A DNA stretch of 64,000 nucleotides from an uncultured Deinococcaceae bacterium. GTDB taxonomy: Bacteria > Deinococcota > Deinococci > Deinococcales > Deinococcaceae. The DNA lies in the NCBI GenBank assembly GCA_964252075.1, contig CAXULY010000026.1, positions 1 to 64,000 on the forward strand, read 5' to 3'. Below the pieces are notes generated by a model. It was not told the DNA's origin and did no database searches. It saw only the letters and a list, made by a program, of their open reading frames with translations. The translations under genes were made by a program, and so were the position numbers. Below, one piece after another: positions 61,583-64,000 of the stretch (its first letter is position 1; every line of letters begins with the position of its first letter).

Positions 61583-62830
61583 TTACTCCGTCTGCTTGGT
61601 CTCCGCGACTTCCGCCTGCGGGACCTCGCGGGGGTTCACGGTCTCCAGCACGCGCGCGAAGGCTGCGACCGCCTCATCGATCTGCTCGCGGCTGATGGTG
61701 AGGGGCGGCAGGAACCGCACGACGAGCGGCGTCGCCTGCAGGGTGAGCACGCCCTCGTCGTGCTCGAGCGCCGCGATGTACGGGCCGCTCTTCTCCTTGA
61801 GTTCCACTCCGATCATGAGGCCCAGGCCGCGCACCTCGCGGATCTTCGGGGACTGAATGGCGCGCAGCTTTTCCATGAAGTACGCGCCCTTCTCGGCGGC
61901 CTGCGCCGCGAGGTTCTCGCGCTTCATGAAGCGCATCGCGGCGACGCCCGCCGCCATCGCGAGGGGGTTCCCGCCGAAGGTGGTGCCGTGCCCACCTTTC
62001 GGCATGCGGTCCGCGACGTCGGCGGTCATGGCGAAGGCCCCGACGGGCACGCCGCCCGCCATGGCCTTGGCGAGGGTCACGCCGTCGGGCACCACGCCGA
62101 AGTGCTCCATCGCGAACACCTTGCCGGTGCGGCAGAAGCCCGTCTGGATCTCGTCGAGGATCAGCAGGGCGCCCTTCTCACGGGTGAGTTCGCGGGCCGC
62201 CTGAATGAACTCGCGCGTGCCGGGGCGCACGCCGCCCTCACCCTGCACGGGCTCCATGATGACCGCGGCGGTCTCGTCCGTGATGGCGGCGCGCAGCTCC
62301 TCGATGTTGCCGTAACTGACGAAATCCACGTTCTTGTTGTCCACCGCGTCCCCGAAGGGCTCGCGGTACTTCGGTTCCCACGTGAAGGACAGCGCGCCCA
62401 GGCTGCGGCCCGAGAAGCCGCGCCGCATGCTCACGAAGCGGTGGCGGCCCGTCGCGGTGATCGCGAACTTCTTCGCGGCCTCCATCGCCTCGGTGCCGCT
62501 GTTGCACAGGAACACGCGGCTGAGTTCGTGCGGCAGCAGGCTGGTGAGTTCCTGCAGGAACTCCGCGCGCTTGTCGTTCGGGAGGGTCTGCGGCATCACG
62601 ATGAGGCGCTCGGCCTGGTCCTTGATGGCCTGCACGACCTCCGGGTTGCTGTGCCCGACGTTCGCGACGCCGTAGCCGCCCATGCAGTCGATGTACGCGC
62701 GGCCCGTGTCGTCCCAGATGGTGGCGCCCTCGGCGCGCACCATGACGACCTGGTGCTTGTTGTATACGCCGCTGTCGAGTTGCTGTTCGAGGCTCAGCCA
62801 GTCGGCCTTCGGGGTTTCGGTGGTGGTCAT
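61583..62830 (-). CDS. lysJ: [LysW]-aminoadipate semialdehyde transaminase (class III aminotransferase)
   Basis: [65 protein letters not shown] upstream. Confidence 0.88.
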   Translation of the reverse strand: MTTTETPKADWLSLEQQLDSGVYNKHQVVMVRAEGATIWDDTGRAYIDCMGGYGVANVGHSNPEVVQAIKDQAERLIVMPQTLPNDKRAEFLQELTSLLPHELSRVFLCNSGTEAMEAAKKFAITATGRHRFVSMRRGFSGRSLGALSFTWEPKYREPFGDAVDNKNVDFVSYGNIEELRAAITDETAAVIMEPVQGEGGVRPGTREFIQAARELTREKGALLILDEIQTGFCRTGKVFAMEHFGVVPDGVTLAKAMAGGVPVGAFAMTADVADRMPKGGHGTTFGGNPLAMAAGVAAMRFMKRENLAAQAAEKGAYFMEKLRAIQSPKIREVRGLGLMIGVELKEKSGPYIAALEHDEGVLTLQATPLVVRFLPPLTISREQIDEAVAAFARVLETVNPREVPQAEVAETKQTE

Positions 62831-62928
62831 GTGTCCTCCTTCGGGGCGGCCGGGCCTCGCGGCGGGCCGCAACGCTTCAGTGTAAGGGACAGCGCGCGCC
62901 CGCAAGGTGTCCGGGCGCGGCAGGCGCG

Positions 62929-63816
62929 TCAGTCCGCCAGCGGCACCGGGGCGTGCGGCGCGCGGCGCGGGCGGGCGTTCAGGAGCAGCAGGCCCGCCAG
63001 CACCACCAGCACGCCCACGCCGGACAGCGCGGTGGGGCGTTCGCCCGCGACCGCCGCCCAGAACAGCCCCCACACCGGCAGGGCGTACGTCACGGCGGTG
63101 ACCTGCGTGGCCGACACCCGCGCGAGCAGCCCGTAGTACACGAGGTACGCCAGCCCGCTGCCAAACACGCCGAGCGCGACGACGGCACCCACGGCGGACC
63201 CGTGGATGGCGGTCGGGTGGGGTCCGAGGGCCGCGAAGGGCAGCAGCAGCAGCCCCGCGAGCGTGAGCTGCACGGTGGCGAGCGCGGTGGGTGCCACGCC
63301 CTGCAGGTGCCGCTTCGCGATGAGGGTCGCGATGGCGTACCCGAGGCTGGCCGCCGCGATCAGCAGCGCGCCCGTGAGGGTGGCGTGGCCGCCGTGCACG
63401 CTGCCCGACACGGTGAGCGTCACGCCGCCCAGGCCCAGCAGCACCCCGACCAGCGCGAGGCCGCCGACGCGCCCGCCGGGCAGCGCCAGCCCGATCAGCA
63501 CGCTGAAGAGGGGCGTGGTGGCGTTCAGGATCGCCGCGATGTTGCTGCTCACCGTCTGCTCGCCCCACGCGAAGAAGGTCCACGGCAGGACGTTGTTGAA
63601 CACCGCCACCAGCAGCAGCGGCCTCCACAGCCGCAGTGGGGGCAGCGCGTGGCGGCCCGCGCGGAGCGCCGCCCACAGCACGAGCGCCCCGAAGGCGCAG
63701 CGCAGGAACGCCACCCACACGGGCGGGAAGGCCTCACCCGCCAGTTTAATCAGCAGGAAGGACACGCCCCACAGCGCCGACAGCAGCAGCATCTGCAGCG
63801 CGGCGCCGCGCGTCAC
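62929..63816 (-). CDS. DMT/EamA family transporter
   Basis: [32 protein letters not shown]; ~10 TM. Confidence 0.88.
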   Translation of the reverse strand: MTRGAALQMLLLSALWGVSFLLIKLAGEAFPPVWVAFLRCAFGALVLWAALRAGRHALPPLRLWRPLLLVAVFNNVLPWTFFAWGEQTVSSNIAAILNATTPLFSVLIGLALPGGRVGGLALVGVLLGLGGVTLTVSGSVHGGHATLTGALLIAAASLGYAIATLIAKRHLQGVAPTALATVQLTLAGLLLLPFAALGPHPTAIHGSAVGAVVALGVFGSGLAYLVYYGLLARVSATQVTAVTYALPVWGLFWAAVAGERPTALSGVGVLVVLAGLLLLNARPRRAPHAPVPLAD

Positions 63817-64000
63817 GGCAGCTCCAGCAGCTCGCGCGGCAGGGCGGGCCACTCGTCGGTCTGCGCGGCCTGCGCCGCCCAGTTCTCCTTGCCGCTCCAG
63901 CGCTCGACGCTGAGCGCGTACACGCTGGTGCGCGCGAGGTGCGCGTCTGGAATGGGCCGCGCCTCCACGCCGGGCCGCAGGCGCGGGAAGTACCGCCGGG
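63813..64000 (-). CDS. NimA-like pyridoxamine 5'-phosphate oxidase family protein (C-terminal part, cut by window edge)
   Basis: Manual translation RRYFPRLRPGVEARPIPDAHLARTSVYALSVERWSGKENW...WPAL resembles the Deinococcus NimA C-terminus; GTGA overlap with the EamA gene. Confidence 0.7.
   Translation of the reverse strand, partial: RRYFPRLRPGVEARPIPDAHLARTSVYALSVERWSGKENWAAQAAQTDEWPALPRELLELP

Overview
64 kb of high-GC core chromosome from a Deinococcota bacterium, most likely Deinococcus or a close relative. This assignment is inferred from the LysW-pathway genes lysK/lysJ, a fused secDF, a NimA-type protein and pervasive leaderless-promoter geometry. The window holds about 60 CDS, mostly housekeeping: gatA, scpB, a tsaC-like gene, pilC, mtnN, cysK, gatC, serS, recN, map, ispG, lysK, ftsK, rnr, trpC, hpt, minC, rimP-nusA-ylxR-infB, secDF, recJ and lysJ, plus transporters, regulators and a TelA/vWA operon. 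I found no rRNA, tRNA, IS element, prophage or CRISPR array. Best leads: (1) a membrane-targeted leader ORF upstream of secDF whose 3' end can pair with the secDF Shine-Dalgarno, the layout of SecM/VemP/ApdA-type arrest peptides but with a different C-terminus (LGRRQAEGG-stop); (2) a ~115-190 nt structured intergenic element between minC and rimP; (3) an RNase R with very long disordered arms and an internal SD+ATG; (4) a secreted, catalytically degenerate SNase-like protein; (5) a coupled P-loop kinase-like and MLE-like enolase pair. All family calls come from motifs read by eye; no searches were run.
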